This document shows, piece after piece, positions 25,380 to 39,145 of a DNA stretch of 64,000 bases (the stretch's first letter is position 1; the number at the start of each line of letters is the position of its first letter). The notes below the pieces were generated by a model, which saw only the letters and a program-made list of their open reading frames with translations, was not told the origin of the DNA and searched no databases. Position numbers and translations under genes: made by a program. This DNA is from Psilocybe cubensis (taxonomy: Eukaryota): assembly GCA_017499595.2 (NCBI GenBank), contig CM039000.1, forward strand, positions 1,116,001-1,180,000, in the 5' to 3' direction.

Positions 25380-26729
25380 ATCTAATAATTCAGAAAGCCA
25401 GCGTAACCGCGATATAGTACATACAGAGAGAGGTGACTGCCCCCGCCGCTGGACCCGACCACACATCTTGGGCCATCTCTCTTGTTCAAGTTCCGTAGTG
25501 TGGGTATGCGCATGTGCCTCAGCGGGTATCGCAGTGGTCGTCCGCATCGTCCCGGATCCTTTCATGGTATCTCTAGTGATGCCCATTGTTCTCGTTATAT
25601 CCCACCTCGCTCGTCCGAATCGATTCCCAAGGAAAGTCGCAATAATAGCCGTATGGGGGACCAAGGATGACGCTAGGCCCGGTGAAGTATATATGAATTG
25701 AAAATCTAAATGAGAAAAAAAAAGAAGGTCGCAGTCAGTTCATTTCTCGCCCCCTCACCCGTGGACAGCAAGAGAAGGCTGACGTTACTCGATATCGAAT
25801 CTAGCATCGGAGGGGGGGTGAAGGCAATGGAGTGCCTTTATGTAACAGCCTCTCAACACGAGGCGTCAAAGGGGGTACCCGTGGCGAACCGTGGCTGGAG
25901 CTTCTTCGGATTGTGCTTCCTGACTTCATTAATTGGAGCCTAAGACCCTGACAAAAGGTCAGCGCTGCCGCAGCTGGAGCCAGATAATCATGTCTTGTTA
26001 AAAAAGAGCACAATCAGTGAACAATGACAGGAACAGGCCCCGACAGAACATATACATACACCTTCTTCCCAAATCGGTGGTTGCATTCTGCATTTGGCTT
26101 GCCAAAGCATAATAAAAAAAAAGTAGGATGCCAGTCAGTCTGCCAAAGTTTCAGAAGGCCAGATATGTGTCCAGTACTCGATGGGTTCCACGATGTCAGG
26201 ATGTGGCTGGACGTTTATTCCATACCGCCTGTCTCCACTCCGAGCCTTATCAGCCATTCGAAGCCTTCGTCTGTGGTCTTCGTCGGTTTTCGCAGGTGGG
26301 CCAGAGGCATTTATACGCCGGTAACATGGTAGACTGAATCACGCAACCCTACCCATCCGGACTCTGGTCCTCCTAAAACCTTGCTGTTAAGTAAGCACGA
26401 TAGGAGTGTCCGTAACTCAGATACCAACTCCGGAAACTTGCAATCCAAATTGGTGCAGATATCATAAATAGTATTCCAGCGTCGATTTATGTAGTCTATA
26501 AAGTATTACTGTAAATCGCGGAAAAAAACAATGCAATGATAAAGCGAAAAGCGGGTGTAAAATTCCAGAATATCGGTGAGGCCATGATTTTGCGTTTCGT
26601 AGCAGTGAGTAGTAGGTTGTCCGTAAAAGTCAGAAGTACAAGTGATGATTGATGATGTCCCAGGCAAATAAAGATCCATTCCAATCCGCGTAGTGTATAT
26701 GGGTTGACGGTTATCGACATCGACTATGA

Positions 26730-28402
26730 CTATGTCACGATTGAAGTGCCGTTAGTGTCTTCTCGTAATCCGAGACCTCCCGCAATTTTCTATAAAAGCA
26801 TGAAAAAAGTGCAGTAGGTAAGCTCATCCAAGTCAATCGAAGCAAGGTAAACGGCTTGGCACGTACACTAAGATTCGAGAGGTCAACCGGACACCTGAAG
26901 TTGAACTGATTGGAGACGACTGGCGAAACAGTTATGATAAGAATACGAATGCCCAACTAGAGTTGTCGCAAGGAAAAAACATAATTAGAAACAGACACAT
27001 TCCGAGGGAAGGTAATCCATAGCCGCTCCAGGGGATAGATGGTAGGCGTAAACTCACCGTAATCTTGTAATTGATAACGACGTTTTGAGGGTTTGCTCCG
27101 CACTTCCCTAAAAGGTCAGAGAGGATAGCGCTACTTGGGTCTTCAACGGGGTTGTAGGTCAAGTGGAAGGGGAAGGTGAAATTGGTCTGTGAGTTGGCTT
27201 TGAAATTAATGTCCTTGGTTTCGCCGCCACCCACAGGGGTGTCGTTAATTGGGTAGGTCAACTATAAATAGAGCATCAATTATGTCCCTGTAAATGACAA
27301 GATTACGAGCAAACCTCCAAGTCGATCTTTTTGAGCCCCACGCTGAAATAATTGGGATTGCTAACTCTGTTGGAAGTATGTTTCAGAACATGACATTCTG
27401 ATGAATCGGAAAGGGAATCGTACGAAATAGCAACACCAAGATTGACTTGGAAATCAAGCCCACTAGATCCTCCCATTTGAAGCTGCATGCAGATCCGTCA
27501 GACCAATGAATGATCGTCGTTGTGAAGAATTAGACGTACAACACTACCATTTACCGGAACAGCCTGAACGTCTCCAATTTCGATGTTCGGCGGGCGGGCA
27601 TACTAGACCAAAAGTTTAGAGACATGCCCAAGGCGAATGCAGTCGCCTGCCAGCACCAATCACTCACTAGAGCCAACGTGAGTACAATGCTGACAATCAA
27701 GAAGACGGCTGTCATCAAAGAGCAGCAACAGACTCTTCCAGCACAGCGCCCTCGACCGCCCTATGTAACATACGTCAGTCTCAAGTCTCAGATCCGAGCA
27801 CCATGGAAAGCACCGTGCAAACGCACCTTTGTCCACAGATTCCCCTGATGATCATACCTATACTCTCGCAACGCTCGAGGGGTGCGACTCCTTCACAAGG
27901 AAAAAACGTTAACGAACGCATATGACGAGGAGCGTAAAGCTACTCACTTGCGTGCCACCACTGCCGGTGGTCCAAACTCGCCCTGGTCAAACCCACTCGC
28001 CTCCTTCCGTGCAGGACCAAAGGAATCCCCCGTCCGCGACCGACCCACAGACCTAACACTTCTGTCCCTCTGCACCGGTGGATAGTCGTACGCCCCCGCA
28101 CGAGCATTTTCTCCATAGCTATAGTCCGGCTGCTCTCCGATATGTCTTTCGTCATTCAAGTTGTATGACTGTGCATTGTTGTTGAAGTTCCCGTTGCTGT
28201 TGCTGTTTGACATGTACGGGTTGGCTTCTTCAGGCTCATTCGCCATGTCGTCGTCGTAGTATGGACGACGGTAGGACTGGGAGGTGGGGTACTGCTGCTG
28301 CTGCTGCGGGTCTGCATAATGGGGTTGTTGATGGCTCTCATAACCATAACGGGTACTCGCCCCCGCGGCGTAATGTCCAGAATAAGGGTCGCGATAGGAC
28401 AT
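26730..28402 (-). CDS. Single-pass membrane protein with a LEA_2-like beta domain
   Basis: Low-complexity Tyr/Gln/Asn N-terminus, WTKGGRGRCAGRVCCC plus a TM helix, RPP, V.NPNYFSV, TYP...VGGG...INF, FTFPF..Y, CPV. Multi-exon. Confidence 0.7.
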
Positions 28403-28716
28403 GTTGAATTTCTCTGAAACCGTGTATCAAGTCCTGCTTGTTGTTGAAAAAGTACGGTATGGAAAGAGAAATGGAACAAAGAGGGACGAAAGGAACGAAA
28501 AGGAGAATGGGTGTCAGTGTCCAAAAACGTGTGCGACTTGGCGGTCCTTTCTGGCAGCAAGGCTATGATGACGACCGCAAATAGTCACGAGCGTTGGCGT
28601 TATGTTATAAATAGTAGTTGGAGCCAAGTCCTTTCGATCTATTGTCTTGTGCAACTGTCTCAGCACAAATCTACATATCCAATCCCTATCAAATAGACAA
28701 AACCAGAAACTTCCAA

Positions 28717-30524
28717 TCATCCAAACCCGCCTCGATGTCCTGCACCAGATCCAAAGGCCATCTTCTGTCCTGCATTCGAGAACGAACCATTCACGGATGC
28801 CCGAGAAGGCCCTCGGGAACTCGATGTCAGAGCCGGCCCAGAAAAAGCAGACGGGTTGTTTACGCCCTCTGGGAAGAATCTTCGAGTTGCCGTCAGCGGG
28901 GGCTGCTGCTGCCCAGGCATACTCGAAGTAATTGAGCCAGTAGGCCGGCGGTCAGCAGAGGCCAATGGCTGCGCATGGTTATTCTGAAAATGACTGGCCA
29001 AAAATTCGGTCTCGTACCTGACCTGCGGTACTAGCTTGCGGGGCTACACCACTACGAACATGTTGAGGTGTTGGAGGGGGCCCCATCACAGTTTGCTGAC
29101 GGTTTGTCGATGTCCTAGTTATGCTCATTGGAAAAGGTGCTGGCTTAAACCTCGATGAAGAAGGGGGCTGATGATTTGATGTCGCATCAGGGCCATGTTG
29201 GCCATTCTGTCTATTATCAGTTCGCTGAAATATCTTCGGCGCCGCTTGGACGTGAGTGAGTTGAGGTGTGTGGAAGGTACTACTGCCTTGGGGATTGTAT
29301 GCAAATTGACTGGTAGATTCAATCAAGATCCCTTTCACATCTTCCGTTCAAACTTACTCTATTGGTATACTTGAAGTCGGTCTATGAGGCCTGATATTCC
29401 TATGACGCATTTTTACGTGAATATATGCGGTCTTGCTGGATTAGTTCTGCTCACTCCAGTGACCGACTCGACATGGGGCGTCGTTCTGAAGCACTATCCT
29501 GCTGAACATAGTCCTGCCTACCATGTACATTAGCGAGCAAGCCAGAATGTCTGTGTTGTATATCCTGTTGCCTATGAGAGGAAAGTTCTGGTACTTGCTG
29601 GCCAGGCGGCAGCGTCAGTCGATCTGGTGCAAGTGGTGTAGTGATAGACCGTGGACTCGAATCTGTTCTCGCTCTTTGATTGACATGATCATACCTGGAG
29701 AATGTGAGTAACGATCAGAAGGCGATGTTGTGCCTCACTGTTGCATGGGCACCATTGGCCGCTTTCCATTGCCATTGAGTGAGTTGGAGCTGCCTTGGTC
29801 GTGGTATCCCATTTGGCGACGTAGTTGCTCGTTTTGATTTTGCAGCATGTCGTTTGACCTGTCACAAAAATTTGAAATGAGTGCGAAAGGTAAGATCATC
29901 CATCCCGAAGACCTTTTCAACTCTGCCATGTTTTGCTTGAGCCGTTCCACAATCTGGCGAAGCTGTAGGTGCCGCGATTTGTGATACCTAACCTGCGAAG
30001 CCATTGCTTCATTCTGAAACTATGTACAACTGCCATTAGTCCACAGACTATGGAATAAGAGCTGCCGCAGGATGTTCGACCTTGGCTGTGAACGCAATGG
30101 ACTCCAGCGCCGAAGGAATGGATCGGAACCAGTCAGACATTGGTGCTTCCATCTAAACGAGCGGAATCGTTCACTGGACCAGCCACAAAATAAGTAGCGA
30201 CGCACCTGTCGTTGAAGCGGTGCCAACTGAATATCCTGCGCCCCGCATTGTGCACAGCTTTGATCCCGATCTAAACCACAGGATGTTCAAGAAATGTTGG
30301 TGATATGCATACTTCTACGCGCATGCGGTGAAAGAAGAGGAGAGAGACCGACTGAGGTGGTTATTGCACACGACGTGCCCGCATTCTGTCAGCCAGAAAG
30401 GGATCGTCGCGGCTCCGTTCTCAAGCGTGAATGGCATGCGGCATTTGGCACAGCATACGAACTCCCAGAAGTCGAATTCGGGTTGGTCTGGGACGTCGCC
30501 GTTGGATGGGGCGACGTTGGACAT
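28717..30524 (-). CDS. Zip3/RNF212/ZHP-3-like RING (zf-RING_5) meiotic E3 ligase
   Basis: FWEFVCCAKC...FWLTECGHVVCNNH..QSCAQC, then M...WF, FQ.E, a coiled coil (LRQIVERLKQNMAELKRSNDMLQNQNEQLRRQ) and a long S/T/P/Q disordered tail. This is the typical Zip3-family layout. Confidence 0.75.
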
Positions 30525-31235
30525 TCTTGACTAATCGTAGGATTCAAGGTTGCCACTACAGTATTTATGATTCAGTACTGTTTTCTTATAAGGTTCAAAA
30601 CAATATCCATTCGCAGGGGTGAATATCAAAGATGAGTGCGGTGATATTTTTAAAGGTGGAATGTCGTGGAAGTCCGGGTTCAAGTTGGTCTGGCAGATCA
30701 TATCCGAAGGTGGTCACGATCACACGATCTGTTATCTACGCGTGTGTGACGAGATAAATGAAGCTAGTAGCACGCACAACAGTAACTTAAAACACCAGTG
30801 CTAACTTCAGAACGAAGGCTCAAGAAGAGGGAATCCAGGTAAATAAAGACTTCAAAAACAGTGACAAAAGATGGCCGCATGATTATCGGGTGTCCATCAG
30901 TAAATGAATGGTAGATGTTAGATTGGCGCCTATCCTATTCTCACCCCACGGGCGTCTGGTAGGGTACCCCATGACCATTGTTATCGGTAACCTCGGGTGG
31001 AGAAAATTAACACCCTGAACCAAATTCAATAACTTACCATATAACGTCTCTCCCACGATTAAAAATACAGCGCTTGGTCAAGGCGATCGCCTTATTCCTG
31101 TCAGTGCATGATTGTTTGTGTGAGCACAGCAGCCGTCAGAACAAATGGGGATCTAGGATTCTTTGAATCACCTCCAAATCACATCTATCTGTCTTTACTT
31201 CTTGACCTCTGCATCTCTCTTGACCACTAACCACC

Positions 31236-34200
31236 ATGCCGACCATGGAGCAGAGAAGACAAAAACTGATGAGAGAAGACAATTCGCTTTTCGCTGGCAT
31301 CACAACCAACAAGATATCGCCACCATCCACGCCCTGCAAGCCAGCGCCGCTGACTCCCCCATCCTCACACCCTCGACCGAGCTCGTCGAAGTTGACCACT
31401 GAGAGTCGCGATCGTGATGATGATCAGGCCCAGGGCCGCGCTCGGGCACTTTCCGAGTCCCATCACAACCCAGGCGACCAAGGCGCACGTGCTACCAATA
31501 AAGAACCAGAACCAGCACCTCAACCAGAGTCTGAATCCTCTTCCTTTGGCTTCCCAACCAATGAGAATATGCCTCTGGCGTCGACCAAGGGGTGGACGTT
31601 GGATCTTCTGATCGCACGGGCCCCACGCACCTTCCGCCATGCCGATAGAGTGTCAGCCGCCCTGCCAGCCGCCGAGCTTGCGAGGAGGATCGAGGAGTAT
31701 GAAGAAAGTGGGAGACCGTTGGTCATCGAAGGGTTCCACGAGTTGTCTAGTTGGCCGAAGAAGAAGTTCACTCTGGAGGGCTTCGTCAAAGATGCTGTGG
31801 AAGGTGCGCTGTTGTGCTTCGTGCTATGTTCCTTGTATTGATGCTATTTCTAGATACCATCAATGCACGTAATGTGCGTACTTGGACCGATGCGGAGTTG
31901 AAGCTGTCAGACTTTATTGAGAAATCGAGGGCTATGCCCCAGTATGCTCAGGAAGGTGGTGCGTAGTCTTTGTGCCTTCGTGCTGGTGCTGGTTCAATGT
32001 TTACTCTAGAGACGGAAAGATGGTATGGAAAAGACATGGATTGTCCACCATCATGGGAGGATTGGTTGATAAAAGGGAACGCTGTCCCTGCTTCGCTACA
32101 CCCGAATGGACCACAGGACAAGTTTCGGTATCGACCCAAATCGGTGCGCCATCATTCATTATTTTTTACCGTCTTTTTGTTGAGACACTGCGTAGGCAGA
32201 GGTGCAGACACTTATGTGCTATCTAGGGATAGGCGACACATTCACACCTTGCCACAAAGATCTATGCGCATCCTCAGGACACAACCTCATGTGCTACACA
32301 GAGAAAAACGGCTCCTCCTTCTGGTTTATGACAGAAAGCTCCGTCGCTCCCAAGGCATCTCAATATTTCCAAAAATTGAGACATGAACTCGACCATGAAA
32401 ACCATATTATCACCCTGGAAGAGCTCGCCAATGCCCCTTTCGACGTTTACATCCTCGAACAGAAACTTGGAGACTTGGTCCTAGTCCCACCACGAAGTTG
32501 TCATCAAGTTGTAAACGCCGGAGGGATCACTATCAAAACTTCTTGGTCTCGTATGACTTCAAAGGGTCTCAAAACCGCCTATTTTCAAGAACTTCCCATC
32601 TATCGCCGGTATGGCTCATTTTAGGCATATGAAGTGGTGAAACTAACTCGAATTAGTGTTTGTCGACCCGAAACGTACAAAGTCAAAAGCACTATTTTCT
32701 ACAGCATCATACGTGAAGCCGAAGAACTAGCAAAATTAATGGAGGATGCGCACGATACTTCATCTGCAGTGGCAACTACTTCCAAGTCCAAGAAGAACAG
32801 TCAAAAATCAAACATTTCTAAGCCCTCCACTCCCGAATCATCTGCAAGTGTGCTCGCCAATGATCTCATGGAGCTGATCTCCGTCGCCGACTGCATCCTG
32901 GCGGAAGAATACGACTCCATCAACAAGATCATGCCCCAGATGTTTTCCGGCAACCGGTTCGAGAAAGAGCCCACGGTGATCTGCGATTTCTGTAGATGCG
33001 ATATCTTCCAAAGTTTCTTCGAGTGCCGGAATTGCGTGGATGGTGGGATCTCGAGCGGCGAGAGGATGCATATATGCGCTGGATGTTATGTCGAGGGAAG
33101 GTCATGTGATTGCTCGAACATGCAGCCCATTCAGTACGGCAACTTTCAAGATCTTGTAGATGCGAGGGAGATGGCTGTATCCAAAGTTTCTCAATACGAG
33201 AAACTACAAGGTAGAAGTTATAGTCCAAAGCTGTAAGTCCGACTTCGTGTTCTTTTTTCCATAGAAATTTACACTCACACCGATTTGCTCTCCAGAAAAC
33301 TTATAAATGATTCTGTGCCTGGAGTGTTTCGTGCCGCCTGTTATCTATATCAGAAACGGCTCTCAGCAACGGTGAGCTATCGCTTTCTCTCCGCACATCC
33401 GATCAGAACTAATGATTATACAGAAAGACACAAAGGCATGCAGATTGATGTTCGCAGGGAATAAGACTCATGAAGTGCCATTCCACTGGGCATTACACTG
33501 CAAAGCGTGCCACAGCAGCAAATGCTTTGCGCATCTTCTCGAGAATTCCAAAATGCATGCTGTTGAGGCCCTTCTCCTGCATACAGGCGACAAGACGCCC
33601 AAGCACGAAAAATATCACTCACACCATCTATCGAAATCAGCAAAGTATTACGAAAACCTTCCAGCTTTGGAGGAGAGCCAACGAGAGGGGACTAGACACC
33701 CAGGATTTTCGTGGCTGGTGTACAATGCGTTGTCGTATAGCCATTGTACGCCTTTGAATTTGAAGTATGTAAGATTTGGCTGGTACGATAATCAGGTATG
33801 TAAAATTTTTGACATAGCGTGTAGCTGAATGATCTCATATCCTGTTAGCTGTTCGAGGAAGAGTCCGAACATGAACTTGCCAGCACCATCGCCAGCACAG
33901 ATGTAGCACCCTCACCGTCTTCTGAAGAAACACCTTCAGTTCGCCCTACCAGTCTTCAAACTTCTCCAAAGGTTACGATAATCTTGAAACCCAGTTCATC
34001 GTCTGCGAAACCCAAATTCCATATAGCATCCACGTCTCTCGAAGCATCCCAGCCTCAGGACAAAGCCGCCATACCTCAGACGCCGAAACCTACTCTATCT
34101 CAACCTGTCAGATCTCCCTCAGCCGACAGTGCAGACATTGAAATGGTCGATTCATTCATTCGACCTGTCTCTGTAGATTATGTTTCGTCGGATGATGAAC

Positions 34201-37200
34201 CTCTCATCAAACTCTTGGAACCTGCCAAAAAGAAGCAGAAACTAATGATGATTATTCCTCCTTCACCGAAGAGAATAGCGAGCGGCGGTGGTCGTGCACC
34301 TGGTGTTCGAAGGCCTCGACCTGTCGTGCAGTCGACTCGGGACAAAGATGACATCACTAGACGACTTCCACGGATGGGACAAGTTTATGTCCTTGTTCCT
34401 CCAGCACCGTATTCTCTCGAACGCAGACCTCCACCTCCACCTCCACCTGTAACAAGTCCTCGACCACCTTCGCCTGCACTCAGCATTCGGTCCGAATCGC
34501 CTCTTACCAGCCTTCGGTCTGAATCGCCTCTTACCAGCCTTCGATCTGACTCTCCTCTTTCTGAATTGTCTCGTCGGTCCGAATCTCCTCCACTACTTTC
34601 TAGCCGTTCGACATCTCGAAAGATCGTGGAATCTGAGCCCTCCGAAGACGAGATTGAGGACACGGGTGACGAAGCGATGCAGCCTGGACCTTCTACCCTA
34701 CCGAAATTGGATAAATGCAATAAGCCCACCGCTCCTTATGTTGGTCGCAAACCTTTGATCATGACAGAAGAAAAAACGCGATCAGGGCCGTCTATATCTT
34801 CGGTTTTACAAGCAAGAAATACTCAACATCTTTCAACCTCTTTTGCCTCAAAGGACAAGGGCAAGGGTAAGATGCCTGAGCGAAGGAATAACTTTGTGAC
34901 ACCAAAGCTGGCCAATCGTCCTGCACCTTCCAAAGTACCGCCGATCCCTAGAAAAACAAACACTGCTTCATCTTCCGCACCTGCAACAAAAGATGTAATT
35001 TCTTCCACAAGAGTAGCTCTGCACATGACAGGAGAGGTTACTCGCCCAAGGCCGCCTGCATCGTTGATACTGAAAAGGAAAAGCAGTAAAGGCGATATCT
35101 CTGCTTCAGTTCCGGAATATTCGCATAAAGTGGGTTCCGGAGGGAAATCTTCCACTGGTGCACGTGCCGGACCATTGTCTAAAACCACGAAACGCCAGAA
35201 AACCAGTCATTTATCTAATGTGCGGCAACCGGAAGAGGGTATCGGTGCTACTAGGGAGCGAAGTCCTATGCCGTCGTCGCCATCCATTGTCGTGACGCTC
35301 CCACAAAGACCAACTGCACTACCCTCTCGCGTATTGTCACCATCGCCGTCTACATCACGACGCAAGTCAGTAAAGTCGCTGAAATCCACACCGACGGCTA
35401 AAAAGGATTTGGCTCCACCGTCAACGATGCCCGCCAAAAGTATCAAATCTATTCCTTCGACCACGTCGTCGAGACCGACAAAGCCTTTACCGGTGAAAAG
35501 AGAATCGGCACCGTCAGTTGCATTAGACGCTGCTGCTGGATCTTCAAATGCCAAACTTCGCGGACAGACGTTTACAGCGAGGTCTGGACTTGTGGGTCGA
35601 GTTGGGAAGGGTCGCTCCGAATCTCAAACAACGGATTTCGATAAAGAAAGAGAAGGCCGATCTACGAATGTCGCACACCAAGTACCTTCAGCTTCGTCGT
35701 CCAAGCTGAATACCTCTGGTTCAAGCAAACTGGGAAGCAAGAAACGCCCGCGAACGCGAGCGTCAGAACCGGGTGCGACTTCTGTAGCTGAACAGCCCGG
35801 CTCTTCCAAGTTCCTTTCCGTCGAGCAATCTCAGGACAAATCGTCGACGAATATCGATACGACACAAAAGCCCGCGCTAAATAAGTTGCGGTTTAAGAAG
35901 ACCCCTGCCCCTACTGAGTCGTCAGCCGAGCAGCAGGACAACGAGAGGCTGCAGAAGGAGGATGTTGCTGCTCGGCCTGCGGAGAGGGGGCATCATCATT
36001 TTTTAGAAGTAGACGCCGATGTTGACTGCACATCGGCGTCGAATTTGGTGCAGTCTAATAGTGAGGTGCCGCCGTCGTATAATAATACAGACGTTGCGCC
36101 TTCGATACCAACTCCAATAACATTATTACCGCCACCGCTTCCACCCCCACTTCCCCTTGAACCTTCATCAGTTGCGCCACCACCAGCGCCGTCGCCGCCG
36201 CCGCCGCAGCAGCAGCAGCAGCGTCTCGAAGCCTCATCACAGACACCACAACTACCGATGCTAACAGAAACTAGCCATCAGGCATCGTTATCATGTAACC
36301 CTATCAAACCGTCTTGGGAACAAATGATGCAAGACGCTACTCAAGTAATGCTTCATTTTGTGCGTCAATATGCTGTAAGCTCTCAGATCAGTTATATGCC
36401 TATCAAATACCTTTTGTTGACATTTTTCCTTCTTTGTTCAGCAAGGATCACCTGGTCCATCAAGTCAATTGATACCTTGTTCAGTGCAGCCGCAGCCTTC
36501 CATCGCCACTGCTCCGACAGGATACGTCAATAATCAGCATTTAGCGTTTGCGCCATATGCGCCATATGCGATTGGAGTCCAGCCGCAGGTGCATGGATAT
36601 GATCATGGATATGGGCATAGGGGTCCTCCTCGCGGACCGCGCAGTTTCTATAGGGGTAGTTATTCGCACAGACATCAGGACGAGCTGAGTGGCGACAGAA
36701 GATATGGCAATTCTGATTATACGTACCCCCGCCACTACGACCGCGAAGATCGCCGTTATAATGACTGCTACCAGAGAGCTTCGCGCTTCGATTTTAACTC
36801 GAGGGATAGGAGAGGAGGGTTCGATTTCGATTCGAGGGATAGGAGAGGAGAGTATCAGAGGTTTCCGCCGAGGGACAGACGCCATGATAATCAAGGCCGA
36901 GCTGGCCATAGGAGTACTCATCACCGCTCTTCTTTCCCCTCCTCTTCGTCGGATAGAAATTACGGATATGAGCGGGGTTCAAGGAGAAGGTCTGAGTACA
37001 CGTCGTACGGCGGTGATCGAGATATGGACGTGGATAGTGGAAGGCATTACAGCCCAGAACGTGGCGGACATGATCGTGAGCCTCGAGGCGGAGGGCACAA
37101 TCTGTCGGCTTCCCCGCCCATGGAGGTCGATGGTGTTGTTGACGGTGATGATAGCTCGAATCGCAATCGACAGCGTGATTCGTCAGTGCATCCACCCCAT

Positions 37201-37353
37201 GTGCGTGATGTTGGTGCTTACGGTGGAGGTGGTGACTTTGACGATCGGGTGGACTTCGAGGATTATGATGAGGCTGATGTACGTAATGGTAAAGATGGTA
37301 AAGGTGGAGATGACTCGGCACCGGCGCAGCAGCAATCCCCTACTCGCGATTGA
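31236..37353 (+). CDS. JmjC-domain Fe(II)/2-oxoglutarate dioxygenase with a Cys-rich zinc finger and a long disordered C-terminus (putative histone demethylase)
   Basis: RPLVIEG, WYGKD, YLGIGDTFTPCHKDLCAS (HxD), QKLGDLVLVPPRSCHQVVN (distal His), CDFCRCDIFQSFFECRNC..CAGCY, an S/P/K-rich region and an R/D/G/Y-rich tail. Confidence 0.85.
34487..34590 (+). repeat. 27-bp coding tandem repeat (RSESPLTSL, about 3-4 copies)
   Basis: CGGTCCGAATCGCCTCTTACCAGCCTT-like unit, translating to RSESPLTSLRSESPLTSLRSDSPLSELSRRSESP. Confidence 0.85.
36787..36850 (+). repeat. 33-bp coding duplication (FDFNSRDRRGG / FDFDSRDRRGE)
   Basis: TTCGATTT..TCGAGGGATAGGAGAGGAG occurs twice in tandem. Confidence 0.8.
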
Positions 37354-39145
37354 AATTGGGGAAACTCCTGCATTTGTTAACGTTGCTGTCAGTGTGTCCG
37401 CTGGGACAGCTACCCGGCACAGAAGTGGCGACGAGTACTCGGGGGGATTTTAGCGTCGGTCGAGGTGCAGACGGTTAACACTCAATTTATTCCCCTTTAC
37501 GAGGTGCTATGGCATCTCCTGGTATGCATACCATTGCGGGTGGTATGGTTATCACCTTATCAATCAAGCTTGAGCATATAGCTTGGGCGTGAAGAACGAA
37601 GACTCGCCGATAGATTAAGAACATTTTGGCGGTTGTCTTGTCATTTTGTTTAACTTGCTACCTTGCTGTTTTTGTGCTTTCGACTCGTTTTGGAAATGTT
37701 CTTGATTTGTATATGCTTTGCGTTTCTATACCCCCATTCTAACAACAATCTACTCAGAGTAATGCATAGATACTAGTCTTCTTTTATTTTCAATATTCTT
37801 TGTACTACTTTGTAGATCTTTATTCTGATAATTATATCGCAGGGAGACAAGTTGTCCGACCCTTAAGTGCTAGGAATCTAAATTTCTATTTTGATACAAA
37901 ATCTCAGCGCACCTGCGAGGTAATCATCTGCTATTCACCAACTGCGTGGCTACTCGCGAGTTGAGTCAATGGACCAACACCGCGGATTACTGCGGGTGAG
38001 GCAATTAATCCGACGTTCTTCAATGTTCCATAGCCTTCAACGTGTCTATTTGGCTGGATAGCTTGAGCCCCATAACCGCTGAGTATCACCCCAGAGGCCG
38101 CAGCAATTGCAATTGCGCGGCATGCGAGTTCACGCGTTGTATTTTTGGAATCCTCGATGCCCTTTCCTATCCATCCATCTATTCTTAGATCGGCTATACT
38201 GGACAGAAGCACTTGAAACGTTGGCGGAAAGGGCGATCCGGATTGACAATGATTCTGAAAGGGCGCCAATCAACTCATCTCAGGTGTACATATACCCGCA
38301 AAGTCCACTTACGGCCAACGCGACCCTAGCGATGATGCTGACTGACGCAATTTGCGGATGCATAACCGTCTGCGACAGGAGCGATTAGATTGGACTGCGC
38401 TGTGTTTATGCCAAGGGGCTTGTGGTGTTATTTTTAACATTGCAATTTCTCGTGCGACTTACGAGAGTATGATGTCGATGCCCTCTGCCGGCGGACGAGC
38501 ATCGCCAAGCTTACAATGATTACAAAGCGGCTGGCGGACTTTGAAAGACGTGTTGAATGACTCACTTTTACCGGAAGCATTTTCCGTGACAAACGCAGGC
38601 ACAATGTTAAGTATCTGGTGGCTTATAGACACTGATTGAGTTGCATTGAGAGAGAAACCCAAAGCGACCCAGCAGAGCGGCGTTGGGTAGGAAGCCGCAG
38701 TGCTGCCGACTTACGGCATGGTTGATTAGGGAGGGGGACTAACCAAGCTGGGCCAGGAACAGACAGCGGCATCTCGGCGATATGAAGTCATTTGGCCCAT
38801 TGCAACCGGATGTCCCGGATGGATCAACCATGCACTTTCAAAAAAAATGTTGTCAGGACCCAGTAGTACCTTATTTTGGACTCCCGTCCCATGTAATCAA
38901 ACGGACGCACGCACGCATGTGGGATTAACTCCAACTTGTACATATTTCACTCAGGCCGTTTGTCCTTCCCAGATCCTTGCTTCCTTTTCCCGACGTCACC
39001 CGCTACGACCCCTACGACCTCTTCGTCCATTCCGGTGCTGAAAACACTCCTATTCCCTTTCTGAGGATTCAAGACCGACATCTAAACGATATATCTGTAT
39101 ACATTATATACCAAGAGAAAGACATAGACGGGAACAAGTCTCGAT

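Noticed and set aside
36689..37453. 254-aa overlapping + frame ORF in the last JmjC exon
   Set aside because: It is an alternative frame of R/D-rich repetitive coding sequence with no motif. Splicing from the upstream exon fits the 36469-37353 frame.
37931..38662. Short ORFs between the JmjC and MFS genes
   Set aside because: No recognisable motifs or consistent exon chain.
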